64,000 bases of DNA, from positions 1,016 to 65,015 of the forward strand of contig MGJK01000020.1 in NCBI GenBank assembly GCA_001794215.1, given 5' to 3'. Under the pieces are notes generated by a model, which saw nothing but the letters and a program-made list of their open reading frames with translations, did no database searches and had not been told where the DNA came from. Made by a program: the position numbers and the translations under genes. The DNA is from Candidatus Yanofskybacteria bacterium RIFCSPHIGHO2_01_FULL_44_24. Its GTDB lineage: Bacteria > Patescibacteriota > Minisyncoccia > 2-02-FULL-40-12 > GWA2-44-9. The stretch's first letter is position 1. Each line of letters begins with the position of its first letter. Below, in pieces: positions 28,258-37,500 of the stretch.

Positions 28258-29754
28258 CTATGGAACATTTATAAGAATCGAGTCATCGGTTGTTCTAACA
28301 TATCCGCTTAATACGGTATGCGAAAGAAGATATTGTCCGGACTGTACTCCGGTAAATACATAATAGCCGCTCGCATCCGTAATCGCAGTCAAAACGGCGC
28401 CGGAAGACTGATTAGTCAAAGTTACGGTTTCTCCGGCAAAGACGGGCTCGGTACCCTGATTATAAACTCCGCCGCAACAAGTGGTTGTATCTAAATCATG
28501 ATAAACATAACCCGAAACAACCGATCCGATTGACGAGCTTACGTTCACCGTAACCGAAGCATTGGCGCTTCCGCCTGGGCCAGAACAACTAAGGGTATAT
28601 GTGGTGGTCTGATTCAATGGCCCAGTATTTTGCGGTCCGGAAGTACCGCTCCATGGACCTATCGTACAGGAAGTCGCATTAGCGGTACTCCAATTGATAG
28701 TCGCGCTCTGACCGGAGGTTATATTGCATGAAGAAATCTGGCCGTTACAGTTAAGCGAAAGGCTCGGAGGAGGCGATCCGCACGAACCGTCGGAAGTATA
28801 GACGATATTAAAGGTTATTGTTTCTCCGGGATTAACGGTTTGGGTTGCCGGCCCGGACAAGCTGAATGAATTGCAAGATTGCGGATCGGGATGAATCGTA
28901 TATGCGCCGGGAGGAACGTCAAAATAAGAATTATTCTGACCCGAAAGCCACGATGGACCGGATATCAGTGAAGCTCCGTCGATATAACCGGAAGTATCAA
29001 GGTTTGTCGTAATATTTATATTTGCCGGCTGAGAAGATGTTACCTCGAAAACCAAACCCGGCGAGTGAACATAGATTAACTCATAATAATTACACGGCGG
29101 ATCCGGATTTTCCGGACTGTCCCAGTAGGCTGTATCGCAATTACCAAATTCTTCTCCCGGACTTTCCGTTGAGTTAAATGCGACTTCGTATATTCCTGGC
29201 GATAACCCGCCAATCGGAATGGGAATATTGTTGAATCTGAATATATTTGGTTTCCAGGGACCGGGAGGAGGGCCAGACCCGCTCGGACCGTCAGGATCAT
29301 CGGGATTGCCCGAAGAAAAGTTCGTAGGACAAGCTATCAGAATATCTCCGCCTTCAGCCCTGTTGAACTTTCCAGACGATTGCACATAATCAGGGCCTCT
29401 TTGGAAATTTGATCCTGTAATGACAACTGCGCTACTACTGTCAATGATGTCATAGCCGAGCTGAGGAAGACCAAACCCCCCTAAAGGACTTCGCGGAAAG
29501 TAACCGTATGTATTGGAGCCCTGGTTGCCGCAATCCGGTATCCAGGGTTCGGTATAAAACTTATCGTTTAAGTAGAGAGTTGATGTGCCCACCGGAACCA
29601 CATAAGAATTGAGTGTGACTCCAGTACCGTACTTACCTCCGCCATACATGCCTTGAATTGCAAAGGATTGAGGTGTAACCAAAAAATAGACTCCGACTAG
29701 TATAGTTAAAATAAGGATGGATTTCTTTATGGCCATACAAGATAATTGTACCAT
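28258..29754 (-). CDS. Secreted Gly/Ser-rich protein with a C-terminal SdrD-B/Cna-B-like domain
   Basis: Signal peptide, then VSGYVYHDLD...DASGYYVFTGVQSGQY at the C-terminus. Confidence 0.55.
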   Translation of the reverse strand: MVQLSCMAIKKSILILTILVGVYFLVTPQSFAIQGMYGGGKYGTGVTLNSYVVPVGTSTLYLNDKFYTEPWIPDCGNQGSNTYGYFPRSPLGGFGLPQLGYDIIDSSSAVVITGSNFQRGPDYVQSSGKFNRAEGGDILIACPTNFSSGNPDDPDGPSGSGPPPGPWKPNIFRFNNIPIPIGGLSPGIYEVAFNSTESPGEEFGNCDTAYWDSPENPDPPCNYYELIYVHSPGLVFEVTSSQPANINITTNLDTSGYIDGASLISGPSWLSGQNNSYFDVPPGAYTIHPDPQSCNSFSLSGPATQTVNPGETITFNIVYTSDGSCGSPPPSLSLNCNGQISSCNITSGQSATINWSTANATSCTIGPWSGTSGPQNTGPLNQTTTYTLSCSGPGGSANASVTVNVSSSIGSVVSGYVYHDLDTTTCCGGVYNQGTEPVFAGETVTLTNQSSGAVLTAITDASGYYVFTGVQSGQYLLSHTVLSGYVRTTDDSILINVP

Positions 29755-29827
29755 AACTCCTTTATCTGATGCTAATAAAAAACTAAAAGGGACAGGTCAT
29801 AGACCTGTCCCTCCTTTGTTGAAAATA

Positions 29828-30346
29828 CTATCCCCCTCCTTTTGTCACCCTGATCCTCAGGAACCGGAAGTCCCCACCGGTTCCTGAACCCTGTCCGGTA
29901 ACCTGAAAGTTAGCCCCCGAGATGTTGTCGATATAGGGCGAGGGTGGATTGCCTCCGTCGGCTTCGTACCTTCCTCCATCCAAGACCCTGAGGAGGTACT
30001 CTTTGCCTACTTCGAGAGAAGGAAATACGCACATCCAACTATTACCGGACCCCTTCCACTCAAGAGGATACCTGGATGGACCTGCTGTCGGATAGTAGGG
30101 CCAGGTACACTCCTTGATCCCACTGAATTTGCCCGTGAAAGACATCTCGCCCAGCTCAACAATCGGTCCAAGCGACGGCAGGGCTTCGTAGTTCGGCCTT
30201 GGCCAACTGTACAGAACCGACACATCCACGAACTCTACCGGAGGTGGGGGCGGGGGCGGAGGTGGGGGCGGAGTGGGAGCAACCTTATCGCAGGCTGCCA
30301 CCAATAGAATAGAAAAAATAGCTATTAGAACCCTCTTCTTGGTCAT
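29828..30346 (-). CDS. Lipoprotein with a poly-proline linker
   Basis: Lipobox LVAAC followed by a P13 tract. Confidence 0.5.
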   Translation of the reverse strand: MTKKRVLIAIFSILLVAACDKVAPTPPPPPPPPPPPVEFVDVSVLYSWPRPNYEALPSLGPIVELGEMSFTGKFSGIKECTWPYYPTAGPSRYPLEWKGSGNSWMCVFPSLEVGKEYLLRVLDGGRYEADGGNPPSPYIDNISGANFQVTGQGSGTGGDFRFLRIRVTKGGG

Positions 30347-30497
30347 ACAACACCTCTTTTGAAAGAAACTGTCTTAACTATATCACTGTTTTATAAGAAA
30401 ATCAAGAGGTCGGGAGGTTCACTACGGGGGTTGTAAAACCGGCCTTTTTCTGGCCTGTTTTTTAAAAAAAAATTAAAACTTAAAAATTCTATCTACC

Positions 30498-30932
30498 CTA
30501 CCTCCCATTGATAACAATTTTCCTTACCCTAACCGGCTCGTCCTCATACGGATTACTTATATTAGTATAGGCGGTGACCTTGTCGCCCACTCTGAAATAG
30601 TCGGGGCCTACTCCAACCGTTCTCCCGGCCGTAACGCTCAGTATCAAGACATGGGAATCAACTATTATCTTCTTCTCTTTTTTTACGAATTGAGTACCCT
30701 GAGTGGTTCTCTCCACCCAGCCTGTATCTATGACGATATACCCGTCGCCAGCTTCGTTGACGGTCCCGCTCAGAGAACTATTAACGTTCTCAAGGTTTTT
30801 AATTTTCTCAGAGGCTATTTCCGGCCTCGTAAACACATGCCATAGCCTAAATCCTACGAAGATCAAGACCGCTAAAACCAAAGCTATGATAGTGGTCACA
30901 ATATGCACTTTCTGAAGTTTTATGGTATTCAT
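30498..30932 (-). CDS. membrane-anchored hypothetical protein
   Basis: N-terminal TM helix; no motif. Confidence 0.35.
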   Translation of the reverse strand: MNTIKLQKVHIVTTIIALVLAVLIFVGFRLWHVFTRPEIASEKIKNLENVNSSLSGTVNEAGDGYIVIDTGWVERTTQGTQFVKKEKKIIVDSHVLILSVTAGRTVGVGPDYFRVGDKVTAYTNISNPYEDEPVRVRKIVINGR

Positions 30933-30950
30933 ATTTGATTTATACAGACA

Positions 30951-31054
30951 TTAACTTATTATACCAGAAATATCACCCGCCTTCACCCTCTCTTGTTTCG
31001 CCGAATCCCTGTCCCGCACGGTAACCGTATCATCCTCGAGGGTTTGGAAGTCAA
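30951..31054 (-). pseudogene. Displaced duplicate of the glyQS 3' end (82-bp repeat copy A at 30973-31054 plus an alternative tail ...VKAGDISGIIS*)
   Basis: 82 bp is identical to 32032-32113 except for one A/G difference. It is in frame with a TAA at 30951-30953. Confidence 0.6.
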
Positions 31055-31065
31055 TGGCTGGATAT

Positions 31066-31722
31066 TTAATCCAGTATTTCTGTCTTGAATTTCTTAGCCT
31101 CCTCCATGAAAAAATTCTGCCAATCTTGGATCGGTAGATTCTTAATCATTCTCGGATAATCTTCAGCCTCTGTCGCTTTAACGAACTGGGTCCCAAGCTG
31201 GATAAGGTCGAGGTGCCAATCAAATTTGATTCTGGCCTTCTTTATTAGGTCGCTGACTAAATACCCTTTATGCCGACAAATGGAATATAGATCTATAAAA
31301 TCTCGGGCTTTCGTTCTTTGGTATATCGTAAATAATTTATTTACTCCGATATCTAAAATACTGTCTATCGCTAGGTCTTTCTGTTTCTCTCCTCGATCAA
31401 GTCTGGGAAATGGGAAAAAAGTGAATTCTGCCTTCAAGATCTCATTGTCGAAGTGCAGAAAAAATAGGTTTCTGTTATAGCTCTGCTGAAAATCGATTTT
31501 TTTTATCCGCAAATTTTTCTTTATTTGACTGAAAAAAACATTCAAGTTAAAGATATCGAATTCTTTTTCAGAAAAAAAATCCAGATCTTCCGAGTAACGA
31601 TGGTTGAGATAAAAAGCCGCCAGAGCCGTACCTCCGGTAAGATAAAAATTCTCTGTAATGAACCTGTCGCTCCCAATCTTATCAAGAACAGTAATCTGGT
31701 TTTTAGTAAGTATTTCTTTCAC
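31066..31722 (-). CDS. AbiEii-type nucleotidyltransferase (DUF1814 / type IV toxin-antitoxin toxin family)
   Basis: YLTGGTALAAFYLNHRYSEDLDFF matches the AbiEii NTase signature (GGTAL...HRxSxDLDF). Confidence 0.75.
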   Translation of the reverse strand: MKEILTKNQITVLDKIGSDRFITENFYLTGGTALAAFYLNHRYSEDLDFFSEKEFDIFNLNVFFSQIKKNLRIKKIDFQQSYNRNLFFLHFDNEILKAEFTFFPFPRLDRGEKQKDLAIDSILDIGVNKLFTIYQRTKARDFIDLYSICRHKGYLVSDLIKKARIKFDWHLDLIQLGTQFVKATEAEDYPRMIKNLPIQDWQNFFMEEAKKFKTEILD

Positions 31723-31909
31723 CTAAAAGTAGCTTGAGAAATTTCCTGCGATAAGGATCAATGCTGATTCTATCCCAATGTAACTTGAGTTCCGATATTT
31801 TTATTTTCTCGCCACCGGCTCCATAATCAATCATCTGTTCCAGCTTCCAAATACCATATTTCCCCGGATTTTTTGCTAACTCTTTTTCGTTAGTTGACCA
31901 ATTATACAT
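31703..31909 (-). CDS. Small partner ORF of the NTase (candidate antitoxin/regulator), 68 aa, overlapping the NTase start by 20 nt
   Basis: Operonic overlap with the NTase gene and its own promoter. No HTH was recognised, so it may be a minimal or truncated AbiEi-like partner. Confidence 0.4.
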   Translation of the reverse strand: MYNWSTNEKELAKNPGKYGIWKLEQMIDYGAGGEKIKISELKLHWDRISIDPYRRKFLKLLLGERNTY

Positions 31910-31945
31910 GCGTATATTATATCAAAAATCCTTTATTTTGCATAG
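31910..31945 (-). promoter_or_regulatory. Extended -10 promoter TTTTTGATATAATAT ending 6 nt before the ATG of the small ORF (likely leaderless)
   Basis: The minus strand reads ...GGATTTTTGATATAATATACGCATG. The same 15-mer precedes ssrA. Confidence 0.5.
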
Positions 31946-31981
31946 TGCGTTGTTGAGATTGGTCGATCTAAAATTAGCTGC

Positions 31982-33301
31982 TTAGACTTGCTTGATACTG
32001 CGGCTAATAATTTCTTGAAGCTCACCCGCCTTCACCCTCTCTTGTTTCGCCGAATCCCTGTCCCGCACGGTAACCGTATCGTCCTCGAGGGTTTGGAAGT
32101 CAACGGTAAAACACATCGGGGTTCCGATTTCGTCTTGGCTATAATATCGCTTACCAATATTCCCCCTATCGTCCCAAGCGATCGGAAGTAGTGAGTGGTT
32201 AGTAGTAAGTAGTTTGTAGACGGAACGGGCCTTTTCAATTAACTGAGGCTTATTAGCTAATAGTGGAAATACCGCGGCTTTATAGGGAGCGAGCTTGGGA
32301 TGCAATTTGAGAACAACCCTGTCTCCATCTTCATGATAGGCATCACACAAAACAGCAAGAAGTGTCCGATTCAATCCAAATGTGGGTTCGACCACATGCG
32401 GCAGAAATTTTTCTCCCGTGTCTGGATCGGTATAATTCAAGTCTTGGCCGCTTTTTTCCATGTGATTTTTTAAGTCAAAATCGGTTCGATAGGCAAGGCC
32501 GTAAAGTTCTTCCTGGCCAAATGGAAAATCATATTCCAAATCAACAGTACGCTTTGAGTAATGGGCCAGGTCTTTTTTCTCAAACTCGTGAACATTGTTC
32601 TTATTAATACCGAGCATTTCAATCCAGCGATGCATTTCTTTCTTCCACATCTCAAATACATCTTCCCAGTCTGATTCTTTGATAAAATATTCAAACTCCA
32701 TTAGATCAAATTCGCGAGTGCGGAAAATGAAATTTCCCGGCGTGATTTCATTGCGAAAAGCTTTGCCTTGCGACGCAATGCCGAATGGAAGTTTTACACG
32801 GGTAGAATCAAGTATGTTTTTAAAATTTACAAACATCGCCTGAGCAATCTCGCCGCGCAAATATGACTGTGTCGAACTGTCTTCTGATGCCCCCAGACGA
32901 ACCGGGAACATAAGGTTGAATTGTTTGGCTTTAGTGAATTCTTTGTTGCCGCAATTTGGACACTGATCACCGATCTGATCAGCCCGATATCGCTGATGGC
33001 ATTTCTTGCATTCTACAAGCGGATCAGTAAAACCAGAAACATGACCAGAAGCTTCCCAGACCTTAGGATTCATGATAATGGCGGCATCAATGCCGACCAT
33101 GTCGTCCCGACTTTGAACAAAATGCTTCCACCAGAGTTGTTGAATATTATTCTTTAGTTCAACGCCCAACGGCCCGTAATCCCAAGAATTGGCCAACCCG
33201 CCGTAAATTTCCGACCCGGGAAATATAAATCCCCTCCTCTTACAGAGACTGACGATCTTCTCGAGCAGGTTATCCTGATTGTTGTTCTTAATATTCTGCA
33301 T
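31982..33301 (-). CDS. glyQS: Glycyl-tRNA synthetase (alpha2, GlyQS type)
   Basis: N-terminus MQNIKNN...KRRGFIFPGSEIYGGLANSWDYGPLGVELKNN, class II motifs and an anticodon-binding C-terminus. The 3' end contains repeat copy B (32032-32113). Confidence 0.9.
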   Translation of the reverse strand: MQNIKNNNQDNLLEKIVSLCKRRGFIFPGSEIYGGLANSWDYGPLGVELKNNIQQLWWKHFVQSRDDMVGIDAAIIMNPKVWEASGHVSGFTDPLVECKKCHQRYRADQIGDQCPNCGNKEFTKAKQFNLMFPVRLGASEDSSTQSYLRGEIAQAMFVNFKNILDSTRVKLPFGIASQGKAFRNEITPGNFIFRTREFDLMEFEYFIKESDWEDVFEMWKKEMHRWIEMLGINKNNVHEFEKKDLAHYSKRTVDLEYDFPFGQEELYGLAYRTDFDLKNHMEKSGQDLNYTDPDTGEKFLPHVVEPTFGLNRTLLAVLCDAYHEDGDRVVLKLHPKLAPYKAAVFPLLANKPQLIEKARSVYKLLTTNHSLLPIAWDDRGNIGKRYYSQDEIGTPMCFTVDFQTLEDDTVTVRDRDSAKQERVKAGELQEIISRSIKQV

Positions 33302-33309
33302 AATATGCG

Positions 33310-33465
33310 CTATTTAAATTCCAAATCCCAAGCACCAAATCACAAACAATGTCTAAATCTCAAATTCTGAATCTTAAACTTTTTATAGATGGGCCATTGG
33401 AAGTTGGGACTTATTTGGAATTTGTCATTTGGTATTTGGTATTTTCCAATAAAAACCTCTGGTTT
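33310..33465. repeat. Imperfect palindromic element of CCAAAT/ATTTGG repeats plus a terminator hairpin CCAATAAAAACCtctGGTTTTTATTGG
   Basis: Direct reading between the surface-protein gene and the glyQS start. No T-box motif is present. Confidence 0.5.
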
Positions 33466-35190
33466 TTATTGGACGGTTCCTTCTTTGGGCCTATCGGTAA
33501 GCTCCTCGGTATTTAAATCCTTCTTTCGTATTATAACATTAAGCTTCGTAAAATTATCAGTCCCCAAGAACTGAAACTCTTCCAAGATATTCACAAAGCT
33601 TCCTCTTTGAATGCTCGATGGTTTAATTTTTACCCTGAAAACGCCCTCGTATTTAGGGGTAAAGACCCCTATCCCAAACGGTACCACAGGCAAAGACCAC
33701 GAAACTTCTTGCGTATTGGGGTTAAAAGACGGCCGCATATCATCGGGCACGGCGCTCGTTTGATCCATCCAGGAGACACCGGAAGATAGTTTGGCCTTGA
33801 CGACTGCATTGCCGATATCATTCCCGGGATTTGTGATCTGCCAATGAATTGTAAAAATCGTTTCTTCTCCGGCTCTTGGAGGCAAAGGCCCCGAAGAACC
33901 AAAAACAGGATCATTGTAATAAGCCAATTGATTTACCGTCGGCTGGGTGCCTATTTTCGTAATCGAACTTATTGAAACAGCAATCTCTTCGACATTCGAA
34001 TCGGGAAGGACATTGGGCGTATTCAGGAGCGCAATCACTTTGACAAAACGGTCGCGGGAAGAACCGCCGGAGGCAAAAGCCTGCTTAAGAGCAATTCTGA
34101 AATTAACCTGTCCCCTTGCTCCCGGACTAAGATTTATAAAATCAGGCAGAGTGCTGGCATTCCATAAAATAGTCTTAGTGGAATCGTCGAAAAACCCTCC
34201 GCCGGCATTGAGCGATGCGAAATCAAACATTTCTCCCTCAAGCTTTACACTTAAATTCAGCCCGGAGATATTGAAATTGGAATTGTTGGCATATTGGACT
34301 ACGTACCTTAAACTATCGCCCGGATAAGCTGAATATTCGCTCGATTCATTAACCGATATACCCACTCCGAGAATCGGACTGGAAATCATGGTCACCGAAG
34401 ACGCTCTTTCATAATCTACGTAAATATCTCCGATTTTTCTTTTTAGCTTCAGAGTGATCGATTTAGCCTCTCCTTCTTTTCCTTCTAAAATTCCCTGAAT
34501 CGAAATCCTCTCTCCTGAACCGCGGTCAAGCATCGGAACAATCCATGCATTATTCCCCTGATCCGGCTGAGGATCATAACTTCTGACCGAAAATCCTTCG
34601 GGATAAGCAACCTCAAAAAACAAATCGGAAATGTCCTCTCCTGAAATATTGCGATAATCGAGAATATAGGTAATCGGCTGGCCCGATGTAATATTCGGCG
34701 GAGCGACGAGAGTAAGCTCCACCGGCATAGAAACAATCGTGGTTGAAGTATTGGCCGCTTTCTCAAATGAAGACTGGAGATTGCCGGCCCTGAAAGAAAG
34801 AGTTACCTTGGCGGTCTTGATATTACCCCGATCCCCGACGATAAAAACCTTTATTTCCTTCTCGCCCTTCTGCCCGGGAGCCAATTCTTCCACTTCAAAA
34901 CCTTCAGTATCTCCTTCAACGGTTAGGCCGTCTTTGATGAACGTCGCTCCTTCGGGATAGAAGAACAGAAAGTTAAGACCATGAAGAGTAGTCTTAGTCG
35001 CATTGGCATATTTTATCTTATAGACAACCTCGTCTCCGGCCGAAGCCTGAAGAGGGCTTTCAAGCTCAAGCTTAACGTCTTTCTCGCTAAAAGAACTTTT
35101 GCCACCGAACCAAAAAGAAGATATGGCAACAACCAGCAGAAGAGCGGCGAATAAAATAAGGTATTTTAGGGCTTTGTTGGCGAAAATCAT
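33466..35190 (-). CDS. Large membrane-anchored extracellular protein
   Basis: N-terminal TM/signal sequence (LILFAALLLVVAISSF). Repetitive beta-rich sequence with no catalytic motif. Confidence 0.45.
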   Translation of the reverse strand: MIFANKALKYLILFAALLLVVAISSFWFGGKSSFSEKDVKLELESPLQASAGDEVVYKIKYANATKTTLHGLNFLFFYPEGATFIKDGLTVEGDTEGFEVEELAPGQKGEKEIKVFIVGDRGNIKTAKVTLSFRAGNLQSSFEKAANTSTTIVSMPVELTLVAPPNITSGQPITYILDYRNISGEDISDLFFEVAYPEGFSVRSYDPQPDQGNNAWIVPMLDRGSGERISIQGILEGKEGEAKSITLKLKRKIGDIYVDYERASSVTMISSPILGVGISVNESSEYSAYPGDSLRYVVQYANNSNFNISGLNLSVKLEGEMFDFASLNAGGGFFDDSTKTILWNASTLPDFINLSPGARGQVNFRIALKQAFASGGSSRDRFVKVIALLNTPNVLPDSNVEEIAVSISSITKIGTQPTVNQLAYYNDPVFGSSGPLPPRAGEETIFTIHWQITNPGNDIGNAVVKAKLSSGVSWMDQTSAVPDDMRPSFNPNTQEVSWSLPVVPFGIGVFTPKYEGVFRVKIKPSSIQRGSFVNILEEFQFLGTDNFTKLNVIIRKKDLNTEELTDRPKEGTVQ

Positions 35191-35194
35191 ATTT

Positions 35195-35863
35195 TTATAT
35201 CGTCACTGCTTTTATCAGATTTAAAGAATCAAATTTCTTTTCAGCTATACCTTGGAAGATAATTTCAGATACGGAAGAGTCGTTCATTTTAATAAATATT
35301 CCCTTCTGGCCCGATAAAAAGCAGTCGGAACATAGAGCTCCGCCCAAATCCTGGCTGTAGGCTCTGTGGTTTCCGCTTGTCGGACTAAGGCACAGGCAGC
35401 ATTCGCTAAGATTAGGCGCATAGCCCATAATCTTCAAAAGTTCGGCTTGTTTTTCATGAATAAATTCAGAAAAGTCATTCTCTCCCTCTTTGACCTTTTT
35501 ATCAAGCAGTCTGAATACATTCTCGATGAACCTCCACAGCAAGGGGTCCTTTTCGTTATCAAAAACGATTTTATCGATAGCCTCAAGAAAAAAATAAGCT
35601 GCCGCTAAAGCGTTTAGGTTGGATTTAATGAATCCGTGGCCATTCTCTAATTGGGCTCCGGCTATGATAGGGGTTGCTCTTCCGCTGACAAGGTCGAAGT
35701 CAACCAAGTTGAAAAGATCGACATGCATGGCCTGAATGGATTCTTTCTTAAGACTGCCCTTGGCCATCGCCGTTAGTTTGCCGAATTCTTCGGTGTAACA
35801 GCTGATGAGCTGATCATGTTCTTTGACCGGCTGTTTTTTTATAATTATCGCCCTCGTCCTCAT
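35195..35863 (-). CDS. recO: DNA repair protein RecO
   Basis: N-terminal OB fold (RTRAIIIKKQPVKEHDQLISCYTEEFGKLTAMAKG). C-terminal zinc motif CxxC...CxxC. Confidence 0.8.
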   Translation of the reverse strand: MRTRAIIIKKQPVKEHDQLISCYTEEFGKLTAMAKGSLKKESIQAMHVDLFNLVDFDLVSGRATPIIAGAQLENGHGFIKSNLNALAAAYFFLEAIDKIVFDNEKDPLLWRFIENVFRLLDKKVKEGENDFSEFIHEKQAELLKIMGYAPNLSECCLCLSPTSGNHRAYSQDLGGALCSDCFLSGQKGIFIKMNDSSVSEIIFQGIAEKKFDSLNLIKAVTI

Positions 35864-36435
35864 TTGATCATTTTTAGTAATTCCCTCAAAACAACGGGCA
35901 ACTCTATTATCCCGTCGTCTTTATCAAAATGCCCCTTATGGCCGTCCAAAATGGTTTTGGCCCCGAGATTTTCTTCAAAAAGAGTTTTATTTTCTAAATC
36001 GACATAGGGGTCGTTTTCAGAAAAAACCGCAACCAAACTATGAGCATGCCGTTTAACTTTTTCAAAATTAATAATTCTTTCCATCCATGGCTTGGCTATA
36101 TCCCAGTCTTCTTCGGTAGTAAGATTTTTCAGCTTAAACCACCCGGCCACAAACACGCATCCGCCTACCTTGATATCCTCCGGCAACTTCTCAAGATATC
36201 TCATTATCGCCTGACTACCGCTTGAATGTCCGACAAAGTAAGTGTTCTTATCCGGAGAATCAATCAGATTTTCGAGAAACTGAACCCAGACTTCTATCTT
36301 CGGGTAGTCAGGATCCGGCATAGCCGGGGCAAAAACTTCGAAGTCTTTTTCCTCAAGCTGCTTCCGGATCCAAGGGAACCAAGCCTCGTCAGGTCTCCCC
36401 GCCCAACCATGAATTATATAGACTCTCTTAGCCAT
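35860..36435 (-). CDS. Alpha/beta serine hydrolase of the YdeN/RBBP9 family
   Basis: VYIIHGWAG...FVGHSSGSQA nucleophile elbow and a C-terminal GHF motif. Confidence 0.7.
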   Translation of the reverse strand: MAKRVYIIHGWAGRPDEAWFPWIRKQLEEKDFEVFAPAMPDPDYPKIEVWVQFLENLIDSPDKNTYFVGHSSGSQAIMRYLEKLPEDIKVGGCVFVAGWFKLKNLTTEEDWDIAKPWMERIINFEKVKRHAHSLVAVFSENDPYVDLENKTLFEENLGAKTILDGHKGHFDKDDGIIELPVVLRELLKMIK

Positions 36436-36439
36436 GTGT

Positions 36440-36637
36440 CTATTTTGCCATATTTAACAGCTCTTCCAAAGCAACAGGTAAGTCCAAAACTCCATCGCTT
36501 CCGCTAAAATGACCACCGCCTTTTACAATTATAAGCTTCGCGCTCAGTCTATTCCTCAACTCTTCAGCTCTTTCCATCGGAACCCATTCATCATTATCTC
36601 CATGAATTACAAAAACTCGTTTAGGCATTGGGGTCAA
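36440..36637 (-). pseudogene. C-terminal fragment of a second YdeN-family hydrolase (tandem paralog remnant)
   Basis: 65-aa ORF VFVIHGDNDEWVP...GGGHFSGSDGVLDLPVALEELL is parallel to the C-terminus of the 35860-36435 protein but lacks the nucleophile region. Confidence 0.5.
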
Positions 36638-37205
36638 ATAAAAGTTTGAGTTCCTTCATTTTTTTACCATCCATTTTTGCCTCAAAAAGCTTATAAACAA
36701 TCTCTTTTTCCGCAAAGCGTTGATAGATTCCTAATTCCAAAAATTCATCGAAAGTCACCATCTTCAAAGTAATCTTTTCTCCGGCATCAAGACTAGGGTC
36801 GGAAACCCTTTTAAGATCTTTGGCTATGAACGAATATACGGCCCAATCAATTTTACTAGTTGGCTGCTGGGCATCCCAAAGAATAAACCGACCGGCAGCA
36901 TATCCGCTCTCCTCTAATAACTCTCTTTTAGCTGCCGATAGTACATCTTCGCCATCCTCAATTCGTCCGCCAGTTGCTCCTATAAACGACTCCCTCCCCG
37001 GTTGTTGCTGTTGCGTCAGAACAATTCTACCATCGGAGAGAACCGGAAAAACTACCACCGTATCCGGTCTTTTTAATTTTTCGAAAATGGTCTTAGTCCC
37101 ATCAAAAAGCTCTTGTTCCCATTGATAAACATCAAATATTTTACCGCTAAAAACCTTTGTGGCCGATTCTGGAATAGGTTGTTTTGATTCTGGTCGCTTG
37201 ATCAT
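36621..37205 (-). CDS. NUDIX hydrolase
   Basis: Nudix box GGRIEDGEDVLSAAKRELLEESGY. Confidence 0.8.
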   Translation of the reverse strand: MIKRPESKQPIPESATKVFSGKIFDVYQWEQELFDGTKTIFEKLKRPDTVVVFPVLSDGRIVLTQQQQPGRESFIGATGGRIEDGEDVLSAAKRELLEESGYAAGRFILWDAQQPTSKIDWAVYSFIAKDLKRVSDPSLDAGEKITLKMVTFDEFLELGIYQRFAEKEIVYKLFEAKMDGKKMKELKLLFDPNA

Positions 37206-37329
37206 TATTAAGATTAATAAACTCTTTCAAATAATTAGGTGACCTATTTGAAGCATTCGGGACCCCATCTCTTGATCATAAGGGTATTCGCACGGGTTTT
37301 TATCTAAAACACCAAGCGAAGCTTTAACC

Positions 37330-37500
37330 TATGAAGGGATTTACGGACCGCGACTGGCGGGAGTAAAAGGCAAGATTTTATCAAAAATCTATGCCGTGCC
37401 CTGAATAGGTTAAGGCGAAGCGTCTTTATATCATGCCCTTCATTGGCTAAATCCGAGTAAGATTTTATGACGCGCGCCCAATAACCCAAGACTGAGCGCC
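37330..37500. repeat. Second copy of the ~34-nt GC-rich repeat family (units at 37389-37422 and 37465-37500)
   Basis: ctatgccgtgccctgaataggttaaggcgaagcg matches ctatgccgtaccctgaatgggttgaagcagagc at 16373-16405. The flanking gaagggatttac and gagtaaaaggcaag words are also shared with 16208-16290. Confidence 0.7.

Noticed and set aside
33302-33465. T-box riboswitch upstream of glyQS
   Set aside because: The conserved T-box sequence (AAnnnGGGTGGnACCGCG) and a specifier/antiterminator arrangement were not found on the relevant strand. The region is an AT-rich imperfect palindrome with a terminator hairpin.
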